DNA of 64,000 nucleotides from an uncultured Chlamydiae bacterium (GCA_963754655.1 CAVWGN010000001.1:1760001-1824000); one strand, 5' to 3'; counted from the stretch's first letter, positions 52,895 through 64,000 are shown. A program made the numbers and translations. Notes: generated from the letters alone by a model not told the origin.

Positions 52895-54715
52895 ATGTTT
52901 AACTATTATATTAATAACTACAGAGAATTTAGTTCAGATTTGGTTGAAGAAAATTCACTATTAAAACCAAATAATAATACACAAATAGATAATACACAAA
53001 TAGATCAATTATCTAAAGAAGCCTTTTCTCAATTACAAGATTTATCAAGAAAATATCCAGAAAAAGAATTTGCTAAACAGCAGGCATCTTATTATTCAAT
53101 ACCACCTGACTGTAGTAAGCACAATGAAGCTTTAGTGTGTGCTCGAGTATACGGCAAAAGGGTGCGAGATAAAAATGAAGAAATAGAAAGGGCTACAAAA
53201 AGAATTCGTCATCGATACGAAAGCGACGTTGAAGGGAAAGAGAAGACTGATAAACAAGATGAATATGGTAAACTCACTTATTCTAATGGTGATGTATTTG
53301 AAGGAGGATTTAGAGAAGGGAAGCGACATGGTCATGGAAAATTGATTTATTGTAAAGGAGATGTATTCGAAGGAGAATTCAAAGACAACAAGATAGATGG
53401 TCCTGGAAAATTGTATGTTTCTTCTGGAACAATATTTGAAGGTGATTTTAGAGAGGGAAAATGTAACGGGCCTGTCAAAGTGACATTTCCTGATGGAAAA
53501 ATTCTTGAAAGCGAATTCAACGATGGCAAGGGAAGTCATGTCGGAAAGGTAACATTTGTTAACGGAATCATTCTTTATGGCAACTTCAAAAATGGGAAGA
53601 TAAATGGTTCTGGAAAAATCGTTTTTCCAGATGAGAGAATTTTTGAAGGAGAATTAAAAGATAGCGAGGCAAATGGCGCTGGGAAGATTATCTTTCCTGA
53701 TGAAAAAATTTTCCAAGGGGCATTTAAAGATGGTAAAGCAGATGGCGATGGAAAAATGATTTATCCTAATAATAAGACTTTTGAAGGAAAATACAAAGAT
53801 GGCAAGGTAAATGGTCCAGGAAAATGGACCTTTCCTGATGGAAGAATTTTTGAAATTGAATTTAAAGATGGCAATCCACACGGCATGGGAACCACATATT
53901 TTCCTAACAATAGAATTGTTAAGGAAAAATTTAGTCATGGTTGGAAGTATGGCCTCGCGCAACTGATTTTTTCTGATGGAAGAACTTTTGAAGGGGAATG
54001 CAATAATGGCGAAATGCATGGTCATGGAAAGATGACCTATCCTAATGGCAAAATTTTAGAAGGGATATTCATAAATGACAACGCGCATGGCTTAGGAAAA
54101 ATCACTTTTCCTGATGGAAGAATCTTTAAAGGAGAGTTAAAAGATAATCTGGCGAATGGCTTCGGAAAACTCACTTTTCCTAATGGAAAAATCTTTGAAG
54201 GGATGTATAAAGATAATCAGGCGAATGGCTTCGGAAAATTTTTTTTTCCTAATGGAAGAATCTTTGAAGGGGCGTATAAAGATAATCAGGCGAATGGCTT
54301 CGGAAAAATCTTTTTTCCTGATGGAAGAATCTTTGAAGGAGAGTTAAAAGATAATCAAGCGAATGGCTTCGGAAAAATCATTTTTCCTGATGGAAGAATC
54401 TTTGAAGGGGCGTATAAAGATAACCACGCGAATGGCTTCGGAAAAATCTTTTTTCCTGATGGAAGAATCTTTGAAGGAGAGTTAAAAGATAATCAAGCGA
54501 ATGGCTTCGGAAAAGTCATTTTTCCTGATGGAAGAATCTTTGAAGGGGAGTACAAAGATAACCAGGCGAATGGCTTCGGAAAGATCATTTTTCCTGATGG
54601 AAAAATCTTTATTGCAAAACTTGAAAATCAGAAATTGAAAGGCACGGGAAAGCTCATTTCTACTAATGGAAAAGTCTCTAGGATAGAAGAAGAGGATCTT
54701 TATAAAAATGGATAA
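52895..54715 (+). CDS. MORN-repeat protein
   Basis: About 20 repeats of 23 aa (FEGE.KD.QANGFGKI.FPDGRI); near-identical 69-bp units at ~54100-54610. Confidence 0.92.
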   Translation: MFNYYINNYREFSSDLVEENSLLKPNNNTQIDNTQIDQLSKEAFSQLQDLSRKYPEKEFAKQQASYYSIPPDCSKHNEALVCARVYGKRVRDKNEEIERATKRIRHRYESDVEGKEKTDKQDEYGKLTYSNGDVFEGGFREGKRHGHGKLIYCKGDVFEGEFKDNKIDGPGKLYVSSGTIFEGDFREGKCNGPVKVTFPDGKILESEFNDGKGSHVGKVTFVNGIILYGNFKNGKINGSGKIVFPDERIFEGELKDSEANGAGKIIFPDEKIFQGAFKDGKADGDGKMIYPNNKTFEGKYKDGKVNGPGKWTFPDGRIFEIEFKDGNPHGMGTTYFPNNRIVKEKFSHGWKYGLAQLIFSDGRTFEGECNNGEMHGHGKMTYPNGKILEGIFINDNAHGLGKITFPDGRIFKGELKDNLANGFGKLTFPNGKIFEGMYKDNQANGFGKFFFPNGRIFEGAYKDNQANGFGKIFFPDGRIFEGELKDNQANGFGKIIFPDGRIFEGAYKDNHANGFGKIFFPDGRIFEGELKDNQANGFGKVIFPDGRIFEGEYKDNQANGFGKIIFPDGKIFIAKLENQKLKGTGKLISTNGKVSRIEEEDLYKNG

Positions 54716-54761
54716 ATGGATGATAGCAAGGTTCAGTAATAAAAATAAATCGTCTTACTAG

Positions 54762-55600
54762 GGAGCGTACCTAAAAGATTTAAAATAATAACTCTTATGA
54801 TTTATAATTTTCTCTGATAAAACAAGGGGGAAATTTGAATGAGTAGGATAGTATTAACTAATGAAAGATGGATAAAAATAAAACCTTTATTGCCAAAAGA
54901 ACGAGGATATTGGGGCAGACCAAGTCGGCCTCATCGTAAGATTTTAGAAGGCATTATTTGAATTTTAAGAACAGGAGCCGCTTGGGAGGGATCTACCACC
55001 CAAGTATGGTCCTTGGAGCACATGTTATAATCGCTTTAATCGATGGACAAAGGCTGGAATCTGGCAAACGATTTGGCAAGCTTTAAAAGATGAAATTGAC
55101 GAAGAAAATTACTCTGTAGACAGCTCAATTGTTGAAGCGCATCAAGATGCTTGTAGGATAAAAAAAAAGCCGAAGAAGCCATGGGAAAATCAAGGGCCGG
55201 AACAACCACAAAAATTCATGCAGTAACAGATGGATTAGGTCGTTGTATTGATTTTATCTTGACAGAAGGTCAAGTACACGAGAGCACTCAAATGAAGCTT
55301 TTACTCAGTGGAAAAAATCCACAAAATGTTATAGCTGATAAAGCTTACGACTCAAATGAAATCAGAAATTTTATAGAAAAGATGGGAAGTCAAGCAGTCA
55401 TACCCAGCAAAGTATCAAGAGCTGAACTAATTGAACATGATAAACATATCTACAGAGAGCGTTGCTTGGTAGAAAATTTTTTTCAGTTTATAAAACGATT
55501 TAGGCGTATTGGAATAAGATACGAAATGAAAGCTCAAAATTATGCAGGAATGTTGACGATCGCTTGTATTATACAATGGTTAATCTTTTAGGTACGCTCC
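54762..55600 (+). mobile_element. IS5-family element, copy 2 (OrfA inactivated; OrfB 55181-55591)
   Basis: Same TIRs and CTAG duplication; TGG>TGA near 54960 and an extra G near 54985. Confidence 0.9.
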
Positions 55601-56556
55601 CTAGTACTCCATTACATTAGTTTTAGCCTATTGGGAGTGCTTCAAAGCCCTGGGATTGGAATGAGATGATTCTCTTGTAGTCCTTCAGACTACATGACGA
55701 GGGCTAATCTAACCCAGGGCGATGCCCTGGGCTATTTTTATTTGAATCCTTTCAGGTTCTGAACATTGGACATTTTAGAAGACTTCCTTCTATAACGATT
55801 GTAAGGCCCATGCCTATTAAATGGTACATACTCCACAATCATTTTAGAGATGGTTAACAAAAAGATGTCCGATGTTCAGAGCCTGAAAGGATTCAAATAA
55901 AAATAGCCAGGAGGGCATCGCCCCATACGCATCAAGCTAAGAGATGAGCGTAGGCTACGCGACGCATTCAGTCGCCGCGCCGCTTCGCTCTGGGCTCTAG
56001 GTAAGGGGTTTGAGAACCCACCGTTCGGTCGCCCTCCGGGCTCGGTCACGGTGGGCTATTACCAGTCGTCCTACGGACTCTAGCGGCATTATCAGAACGC
56101 CTTAAATAGCATTCAATGGCTTCTACATTGCCGCTAGAGTCCGTAGGACGACTGATTCTAGCCCACCGTGACCGAGCCCGGGGGGCGACCGAACGGTGGG
56201 TTATTACCAGTCGTCCTACGGACTCTAGCGGCAATGTAGAAGCCATTGAATGCTATTTAAGGCGTTCTGATAATGCCGCTAGAGTCCGTAGGACGACTGG
56301 TAATAGCCCACCGTAACTGAGCCCGGAGGGCGACCGAACGGTGGGTTCTCAAACCCCTTACCTAGAGCCCAGAGCGAAGCGGCGCGGCGACTGAATGCGT
56401 CACCCAACAAAAAGTAGCATTTTCCAAACACGCCCTGGGTTAGATTAGCCCTCGTCATGTAGTCTCTGAAGGACTACAAGAGAATCATTTCATCCCAATC
56501 CCAGGGCTTTGAAGCACTCCCAATAGGCAAAAACTAATGTAATGTAATGGAATACT
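55601..56556. repeat. Nested palindromic composite (shell E > element B) with inserted element D
   Basis: 55603-55730 is inverted at ~56431-56556; homologous to 6751-8401. Confidence 0.85.
55924..56430. mobile_element. GC-rich element D: unrelated ends around a ~440-bp palindrome with three REP-like hairpins
   Basis: CGCCC at 55919-55923 and 56431-56435; palindrome 55961-56401. Confidence 0.7.
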
Positions 56557-56826
56557 CTGTCACATGAGCTTTTGCCTATTGAGACTGCTTCAAAGTTTCG
56601 CTTCGGGGTTGAATCGGCATAAGTAGATCCAATATTATATACACACCGCGGTCAAGTTGACCGCCTTTTAAAACAATGTTCGGACATGAAATAAATATTT
56701 ATTTCTTGCTATAGTGCGGAGCGAATGAGTGTATTGACATAAAAAAATTAAATAACCTAAGATCTGAAAATTAAAAAAATAAATTTCATTTAACTATTAT
56801 ATTAATTAATTTAATTAAAAATAATC

Positions 56827-58104
56827 ATGCAACTGACTCCCCTTCATTCGCAAACACTGCAAAACACTTCTAACGAATCTTTCTTAGACTCCTTAATTCC
56901 CAATGAGATATTAGGAATTGTTTTTGATCAAGTTGTCGTCAATCAAAGCCGATCTTCAAGTGACATTTCTTCTATTTTATTCACCTGTAAAAAATGGAAA
57001 AGTATTCTGGAACAGAATCCCTGTATTTTCTTGGTGCAAGCCCTATTTCAACTTAAGCAGAGTCCTCAATCTGCTATTACACGTTTTCAGGATTGTAGAG
57101 CAACTGATCAAAAGAAACATTTCACCTCGCAGGAACTTAAACTGATTGATCGAGGCAGCAGCAATGGAGAAAAATTTGAAAAATTATTAATGGTTGAATC
57201 AGAATTATTTAAATTGAATAGTTTATTTCTTTCTCTTTTGGATCGCTACTCATGGAATCCTGAAATGTGTCAAAACAGCGCCCATAAAAACATCCAGCAT
57301 GTAGCTAAAGAGCAATTGTCTATTTTAAACTCTCTTGCATCAGGCAGTGACGCCCAAAAATTAATGGTGATCAAAAATGACTCTATCGAAAAACTTTATC
57401 GAGGCACACAAGTAAGTCAAACATGGAAGCAGGCAAAAATATCTGTCATCTCTACACTTAAAAAAAATTTTCACAATTTTAATGATAAAAAAATTTTTAT
57501 TAAAGTTGCTCGCTGTTTTGGATATGCTGTTTTTGATATAGATGGAAGCCTTAAAAAAGATCGAGACATTGTCTTAGCTGCCGTTAAGGAAAATGGCTTG
57601 GCTCTTCGATATGCAAATAAATGCCTTAAAAAAGATCGAGAGATTGTCTTGACTGCTGTTCAGCAAGATGGGTGGGCTCTTGAATATGCCGATGAAAGCT
57701 TTAAAAAAAATCGAGAGATTGTCTTGACTGCTGTTCAGCAAGATAGCAGGGCTTTTCATTGTGCCAATGAAACTCTTAAAAAAGATCGAGAGATTGTCTT
57801 GGCTGCCGTTAAGCAAGATGGCTGGCTTCTTAAATATTCAGATGAAAGTCTTAAAAAAGATCGAGAGATTGTCTTGGCGGCCGTTAAGCAACATGGTTGG
57901 GCTCTTCAATATGCAGATGCAAACTTAAAAAAAGATCGGGAAATAGTCTGGACTGCTGTTCAGAAAGCAAGCACCGCTATTGTAGATGCCGATTTAACTC
58001 TTCGAATTAAACTTGCCCTCACTGCACTCCTACAAATGACACAAGATTATATACTCCATGGTATTTATAAGTTTTTTGGTCAGTTGATAGATACAAGTAA
58101 ATAA
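56827..58104 (+). CDS. dispersed F-box-like + DUF4116-like paralog (about 6 repeats, distinct C-terminus)
   Basis: IPNEILGIVF...FTCKKWK; repeats; TTGACA-N18-TAAGAT upstream at 56734-56763. Confidence 0.85.
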   Translation: MQLTPLHSQTLQNTSNESFLDSLIPNEILGIVFDQVVVNQSRSSSDISSILFTCKKWKSILEQNPCIFLVQALFQLKQSPQSAITRFQDCRATDQKKHFTSQELKLIDRGSSNGEKFEKLLMVESELFKLNSLFLSLLDRYSWNPEMCQNSAHKNIQHVAKEQLSILNSLASGSDAQKLMVIKNDSIEKLYRGTQVSQTWKQAKISVISTLKKNFHNFNDKKIFIKVARCFGYAVFDIDGSLKKDRDIVLAAVKENGLALRYANKCLKKDREIVLTAVQQDGWALEYADESFKKNREIVLTAVQQDSRAFHCANETLKKDREIVLAAVKQDGWLLKYSDESLKKDREIVLAAVKQHGWALQYADANLKKDREIVWTAVQKASTAIVDADLTLRIKLALTALLQMTQDYILHGIYKFFGQLIDTSK

Positions 58105-58302
58105 ACAATATTGACTCTTTAATACTATTGATACAGCAGATCAGTGGCTTTAATCGACAAAACCTTTCTAAATTGTACAACACTCAATTTCCTAAACTAA
58201 TTTAAAAACAAAATACATGTTGATAATAATGTTAAAATGAGTTATCATTGATAACAAGCCGAATAATTAACTTATTCGCACAATAAAATGGAGTTTAATT
58301 AT

Positions 58303-58437
58303 ATGAATAATTTAATATTAACCAACACTTTCCAAAATGGATGTTGGCCCTATCAAATAACTTCGTCTCATTATCGTCCTTCTTTTCTTCTTATTCTTCT
58401 ATCCTTTGTGGGTATTCTACCCATTATTAGTCTTTAA
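58303..58437 (+). CDS. possible 44-aa hydrophobic peptide or gene relic
   Basis: GGAG upstream of the ATG; C-terminal FLLILLSFVGILPIISL. Confidence 0.25.
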   Translation: MNNLILTNTFQNGCWPYQITSSHYRPSFLLILLSFVGILPIISL

Positions 58438-58637
58438 TCTTATTTTCTCATTTAATAATTTAATTTGAATCGAAATAAATTTTTAAACTTTTGTTTGTAA
58501 ATAAAAGTTAAAAATTAAAAAATAATTTATAATTTTTTATAATTATTATTTATAATTAAAATTTTAATTTTAATAATTGAAAATCCTACGATTTTCCGTG
58601 TAATAATTTTTTAATCTATTTTAAAAACAAGATTTTT

Positions 58638-59876
58638 ATGAATGAACTAAAACATAATAGACCCAATTTCATGTCCTATAATTTATTGGATCAAAAACTA
58701 AATACAGAATTAAATCAAAAAAAAGTTAATGCTTTTTTAGAAAATTATCAAAACATTATCTCTTTTGGAATAGAGACAATGAATAAGGTAAAGGAAGGCT
58801 ATATTCCCGACCCTACCGTGGGAGAAAATGCTTGTCAAATTCGTGCAGCCATGTTTGGCGAATTTATGAATTCAGCAGATTTTTCCAATACAGTTGAAAC
58901 AACAAAAATCAATTTGGAGAATACTCTACAAGCAATAAAAGAAATCAAACCAAAAATAGATGAAAAGTTTCAAAAAGTAAGAAAAGAAAAAGATGAACAA
59001 TTAAAAACTTCTTATACATGCACATTAGAGAATTTATTAGAGAATTATCGTCTTAATATCACACTAGATGAAAGAATCTGTCAATTAATTGCTGCTGATT
59101 TATTGATGTTTTGTCGAATGCCTAAAAGAAGCTTTGAAAAGCTGGATGGCAAAGTCCAACCATTGGAAAAGATTGAACAAATTGATGCTTTGCGGGCAAG
59201 GAATTTTTCCGCAAACACGGTTACAACTATTGATAAAGCAGCAAGAAAATACTTATCGGAAGCTTCTGTGCAATTTTTGCAAAAAAAGGCAAAAATGATA
59301 ATCGATGAAGACGAGCAAAACAGATTATATTCTTCAGTTAGTGGCCAGAATGTGAAGACCACTAAACTTGGGCTCTCATCTGTCCCCTGTTTCAGTGGTT
59401 CTGAAATTATTTTTGCGCAAGCACATCAGCAAAAAATTCCTTTGGTTGTCAAAGTTCTCAGATTGGATTCGGAAACAGCTTCTCAAGAAGGAGAGGAGAT
59501 TTTTTTCTTCCAATCGGATGGTTCTCGCTATTGTCAGGTCGACAAAGAAAAAATCACTCAAAAAGCAATGTTAGTTTGCGAAGCAGTTAGTATTGCTCAT
59601 CCTGTTTTAAGTAAGGAAGCTTTGCAAGAAGAAATAAAAAAACGAGACATAAAAGAGGCTATCTTAGCTTTTATGGCTACTCATCCCATTTATGGAGGGG
59701 AACTCAAAACAGTAAAAGAGGGGCCCGAAGAAGAAAACGAGAAAAGAAAGGAATATATTGATAAAGCGCTTGAATGGGGCTGTTGTCCGGATAATCAGCG
59801 TATTTGCCGTCTTTATCATATGTATGCAAGTTCTAACATCATAAATAAAAATGAGGAAGCATCATGCAAACTTTAA
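58638..59876 (+). CDS. hypothetical protein
   Basis: 412-aa ORF in an AT-rich context; no family recognised. Confidence 0.7.
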   Translation: MNELKHNRPNFMSYNLLDQKLNTELNQKKVNAFLENYQNIISFGIETMNKVKEGYIPDPTVGENACQIRAAMFGEFMNSADFSNTVETTKINLENTLQAIKEIKPKIDEKFQKVRKEKDEQLKTSYTCTLENLLENYRLNITLDERICQLIAADLLMFCRMPKRSFEKLDGKVQPLEKIEQIDALRARNFSANTVTTIDKAARKYLSEASVQFLQKKAKMIIDEDEQNRLYSSVSGQNVKTTKLGLSSVPCFSGSEIIFAQAHQQKIPLVVKVLRLDSETASQEGEEIFFFQSDGSRYCQVDKEKITQKAMLVCEAVSIAHPVLSKEALQEEIKKRDIKEAILAFMATHPIYGGELKTVKEGPEEENEKRKEYIDKALEWGCCPDNQRICRLYHMYASSNIINKNEEASCKL

Positions 59877-60928
59877 CAATAAAAGACTTAGAATATTTGG
59901 CCATTGGAACTGCTATTTTAGGTTCAGGAGGTGGGGGGAATCCAGAAAATGAGGTCTTGATGACGAAGCACTCTATGCAACAGCATGGCCCTATCCAATT
60001 GAGAGATCCCAGTTCATTAACCAAGGAAGATTTCATTCTTCCCGTTGCTGTTATGGGTGCCCCTTTAGTAGGACTTGAAAAACTACGCAGCGGACGTGAA
60101 TTTCTTCATTTAATGAAACTCGTTGAAAAGAATCAAGCACGAAAACCCACTCTTTTGATGCCTCTAGAAATTGGAGGAGCAAATGCATTTGCAGCTTTTG
60201 CAATTGCAGGGCAAATGGGCCTTCCCGTGCTCAATGGAGATTTAATGGGCAGGGCCTTTCCTCAATTGCAAATGACTTCATTTACAATCAAGGAGATCAT
60301 CCCTTCACCTTTATTCTTAGCTGATAGTCTTGGAAATACAGCGGTGATTGAATCAAATGATACTATGACTCTGGAAAACATTGCTCGGCATATCACTGTA
60401 TCCATGGGTTCTAGCTGTTGCATTGCTTTTTGTCCAATAAATGGAGAAAAGGCTAAACATGCTGTGGTTCCCCACACAATGACGCAAGCCATCGAGATAG
60501 GCAAAGTCATTGCGCAAGCAAGGGAAAAGGGATTAGATCCAATTGATGCCTTTTTAACAGATTCTCAAGCCGTTTGCTTAGGCAATGGAACAATTACTTC
60601 GATCGAGCAAAGCATCAAACAAGGTTTTTTAGAAGGGAGTGTCTGCATTTTAGGAGAAGAGACTCGTTATGAACTTCTCTATCAAAATGAATACCTACTT
60701 GCTAAAAAAGATGGGTTAACAATGGCTTGTACACCAGATATCTTAATGTTGTTAGAAAGAGAAACTGCAACGCCTATCACATCTGAATCTCTTCGCTATG
60801 GTCTGCAGGTGTGTCTGATAGCAATGCCTGCACCCGCGATTTGGCAGAGCAAACGAGGGCTAGAATTGGCCGGTCCCCAATGTTTTGGGTATCCTATTCA
60901 TTATCAAACTATAAGGAGGAAAAAATGA
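59864..60928 (+). CDS. DUF917-family protein
   Basis: GTAILGSGGGG, MGAP, EIGGAN, DLMGRAFP, YQNEYL, PDIL. Confidence 0.9.
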   Translation: MQTLTIKDLEYLAIGTAILGSGGGGNPENEVLMTKHSMQQHGPIQLRDPSSLTKEDFILPVAVMGAPLVGLEKLRSGREFLHLMKLVEKNQARKPTLLMPLEIGGANAFAAFAIAGQMGLPVLNGDLMGRAFPQLQMTSFTIKEIIPSPLFLADSLGNTAVIESNDTMTLENIARHITVSMGSSCCIAFCPINGEKAKHAVVPHTMTQAIEIGKVIAQAREKGLDPIDAFLTDSQAVCLGNGTITSIEQSIKQGFLEGSVCILGEETRYELLYQNEYLLAKKDGLTMACTPDILMLLERETATPITSESLRYGLQVCLIAMPAPAIWQSKRGLELAGPQCFGYPIHYQTIRRKK

Positions 60929-62487
60929 AACCTTTATATACTATTGGCATAGACATTGGAGGAACAAATACAGACGCGGTTCTTATCAATGCCCAAGACA
61001 AAATTGTAGCAGCAGTTAAAACTATCACAACAAACGACATCACCAGTGGCTTTTCTCAAGCCCTCAAAAGTCTTTTAGCACAAGCAGCTATTGAGGCATC
61101 TGCCATCCGCGCTCTTTTTTTAGGAACGACGCATGCTACAAATGCGATTTTACAGCAAAAAGATCTTTATCAAGTCGGACTCATACGGCTAGCTGGACAT
61201 CATCCTCAATCACTTCCTCCTTGTTTTGACTGGAAAGAAGATTTGAAACAGACTCTTAATATTCGCCATATAACAATCAGTGGAGGATATGAATGCCATG
61301 GCGCTTCTATCACCCCTTTTTCTTTAGAAGAAGTGCGGCAAGCAGTTACTACATTATTGGCAAAAGGCATAGAAAGCTTAGCTGTTGTTGGCGTATTTGC
61401 TCCTCAGAACCGGGAACAAGAACTTGAAGTTAAACGAATTGCACTAGAAATTGCAGGTAAAGATTTTCCTGTTTCTCTTTCGCATGAAATTGGAGGAGTG
61501 GGCTTCATTGAGCGGGAAAACAGCACTATTTTAAATGCTGCTCTTAAGAAGGTCATGGCTCAAGGCTTTTATGCACTTGAAGTCGCGTGCCGCCAGTTGC
61601 AATTAAACTGTCCCTTTTTTATCACCCAAAATAATGGGACTATTCTAGACCTGGCTCGCGCGCTTGAGTATCCTGTCTTGACAATTTCAGCAGGACCCAC
61701 CAATTCTTTTATTGGAGCAAGCCGTCTAACAGGATTGTCCGATGCACTTATTGTTGACATTGGAGGGACATCAACTGATATAGGACTCATCAAACAAGGG
61801 TTTCCACGCAGAAGTTTAAACACTTCCCATATTGGAGGCGTAAAATTGAATTTTTCTATGCCCGATGTTCTTTCAATCGCATTAGGAGGAGGCAGTTATC
61901 TCGATTTATCTCATGAGACACCTAGAATATTGCCGAAAAGCGCAGGCAAAGATATTGTCACCCACGCACGTTGCTTTGGAGGTCAATTTTTGACTTTTAC
62001 TGATGCAGCTGTCGCTTTAGGACTCTCAATTCCAGGTGCTACATCGGAAGGATTAGGTTGTTCTTTTTTTGAAGCGCAGAAAATCATTCAAGAAGCGCTT
62101 AAGAAAATGGAACGTGAAATTAAGGTTCTTGAAGGAGGAAAATGCACACTTCCTATTGTTTTCGTTGGAGGAGGTGCTCAACTTTTCCCAAGAGAATTTT
62201 TGGAAGAAAGAATACTCGTTCCAGAACACGCCAACGTGGCGAATGCTTATGGAGCAGCGTTATCCGAAATTTCACATGTTATTGACCAAGTGGTCAGCTT
62301 AAATCAGCGTGATACAATTCTTCAAAGAATGCAAGAAGAAGCTTTGCAAGGAGCGGTGCGATGCGGAGCGAATCCAAAAAACGTTAAAATCGTTGACATG
62401 CAAATTATTCCTTATCACTACGTTCCTAATCAAATGGCACGCGTGATCATTACAGCAGCTGGCAAACAAATGCCTTTTTATATTTAA
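60925..62487 (+). CDS. hydantoinase/oxoprolinase family protein
   Basis: IGIDIGGTNTDAV, GTTHATNA, DIGGTSTDIG, ANAYGAA; start MKPL with AGGAGG RBS. Confidence 0.9.
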   Translation: MKPLYTIGIDIGGTNTDAVLINAQDKIVAAVKTITTNDITSGFSQALKSLLAQAAIEASAIRALFLGTTHATNAILQQKDLYQVGLIRLAGHHPQSLPPCFDWKEDLKQTLNIRHITISGGYECHGASITPFSLEEVRQAVTTLLAKGIESLAVVGVFAPQNREQELEVKRIALEIAGKDFPVSLSHEIGGVGFIERENSTILNAALKKVMAQGFYALEVACRQLQLNCPFFITQNNGTILDLARALEYPVLTISAGPTNSFIGASRLTGLSDALIVDIGGTSTDIGLIKQGFPRRSLNTSHIGGVKLNFSMPDVLSIALGGGSYLDLSHETPRILPKSAGKDIVTHARCFGGQFLTFTDAAVALGLSIPGATSEGLGCSFFEAQKIIQEALKKMEREIKVLEGGKCTLPIVFVGGGAQLFPREFLEERILVPEHANVANAYGAALSEISHVIDQVVSLNQRDTILQRMQEEALQGAVRCGANPKNVKIVDMQIIPYHYVPNQMARVIITAAGKQMPFYI

Positions 62488-62494
62488 GATAGAG

Positions 62495-62531
62495 AAAAAA
62501 AAAGCCTTAGAAGCAAAGAGCTTCTAAGGCT
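62495..62531 (-). terminator. rRNA operon terminator (possibly bidirectional)
   Basis: 12-bp stem AGCCTTAGAAGC / GCTTCTAAGGCT plus a T-run on the minus strand. Confidence 0.8.
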
Positions 62532-62541
62532 GAAAGAAAAA

Positions 62542-62658
62542 GCTTGGCGGCGACCTACTCTCCCACACTCTTGTGTGCAGTACCATCGGCGATGAAGGGC
62601 TTGACTTCTGAGTTCGGAATGGGATCAGGTATTTCCCCTTCTCTAATAGCCACCAAGC
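62542..62658 (-). rRNA. rrf: 5S rRNA
   Basis: GGCGACCTACTCTCCC...GAGTTCGGAATGGGATCAGGT. Confidence 0.96.
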
Positions 62659-62800
62659 AAAAGTCATATTAGAAATGATCGTTAATCAGTTCACTGATAA
62701 AAAACAGCGCTTGAAGACTCTCTTCACACTCGCTTGATATGTAATTTGCGACCACACTTAGATGTGCTGAAGGGGATGTCTCTTCCTTCAGTAAAAAAAA

Positions 62801-64000
<1,200 letters not shown>

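Noticed and set aside
56046..56316. Twin 66-aa MASTLPLESVGR ORFs
   Set aside because: Artefacts of the element D palindrome
9864..57816. Many shadow ORFs (MLNGSQDNLSIFFKAF..., MQMKALKKIERLSWL...)
   Set aside because: Antisense or alternate-frame readings of the 75-bp repeat

Overview
Chromosomal window from an AT-rich environmental chlamydia (Parachlamydiaceae/Protochlamydia-like, inferred from gene content and the 23S/5S sequence). Housekeeping blocks are a shikimate operon (aroD-aroE-aroA triple fusion, aroK, aroC), an HI0933-family flavoprotein, a frameshifted ABC-F, a DUF917-hydantoinase pair and the 3' end of an rRNA operon. They flank a ~32 kb minus-strand array of 12 paralogous genes and pseudogenes, with a 13th copy at 56.8 kb. 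Each encodes an N-terminal F-box-like motif followed by 25-aa DUF4116-like repeats with three hypervariable positions, and most copies carry their own sigma66/70-type promoter. The array shows birth-and-death traces: nonsense alleles, orphan 3' tails, 5' stubs and a relic of a neighbouring gene. A second theme is a set of nested palindromic elements. REP-like hairpin cores sit inside several different MITE-like shells, and an unclassified Mutator-like DDE IS (with a -1 frameshift site) is stacked with non-autonomous elements at CCCWGGG sites in REP hairpins. Two IS5/IS427-group copies sit at CTAG ends of such shells. Other candidate effectors are a caspase-fold/ankyrin protein, a CE-clan-like protease, a signal-peptide-bearing RelA/SpoT-like nucleotidyltransferase, a MORN protein with an NLS-like motif and a second F-box protein. 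All family assignments are by eye; no searches were run.
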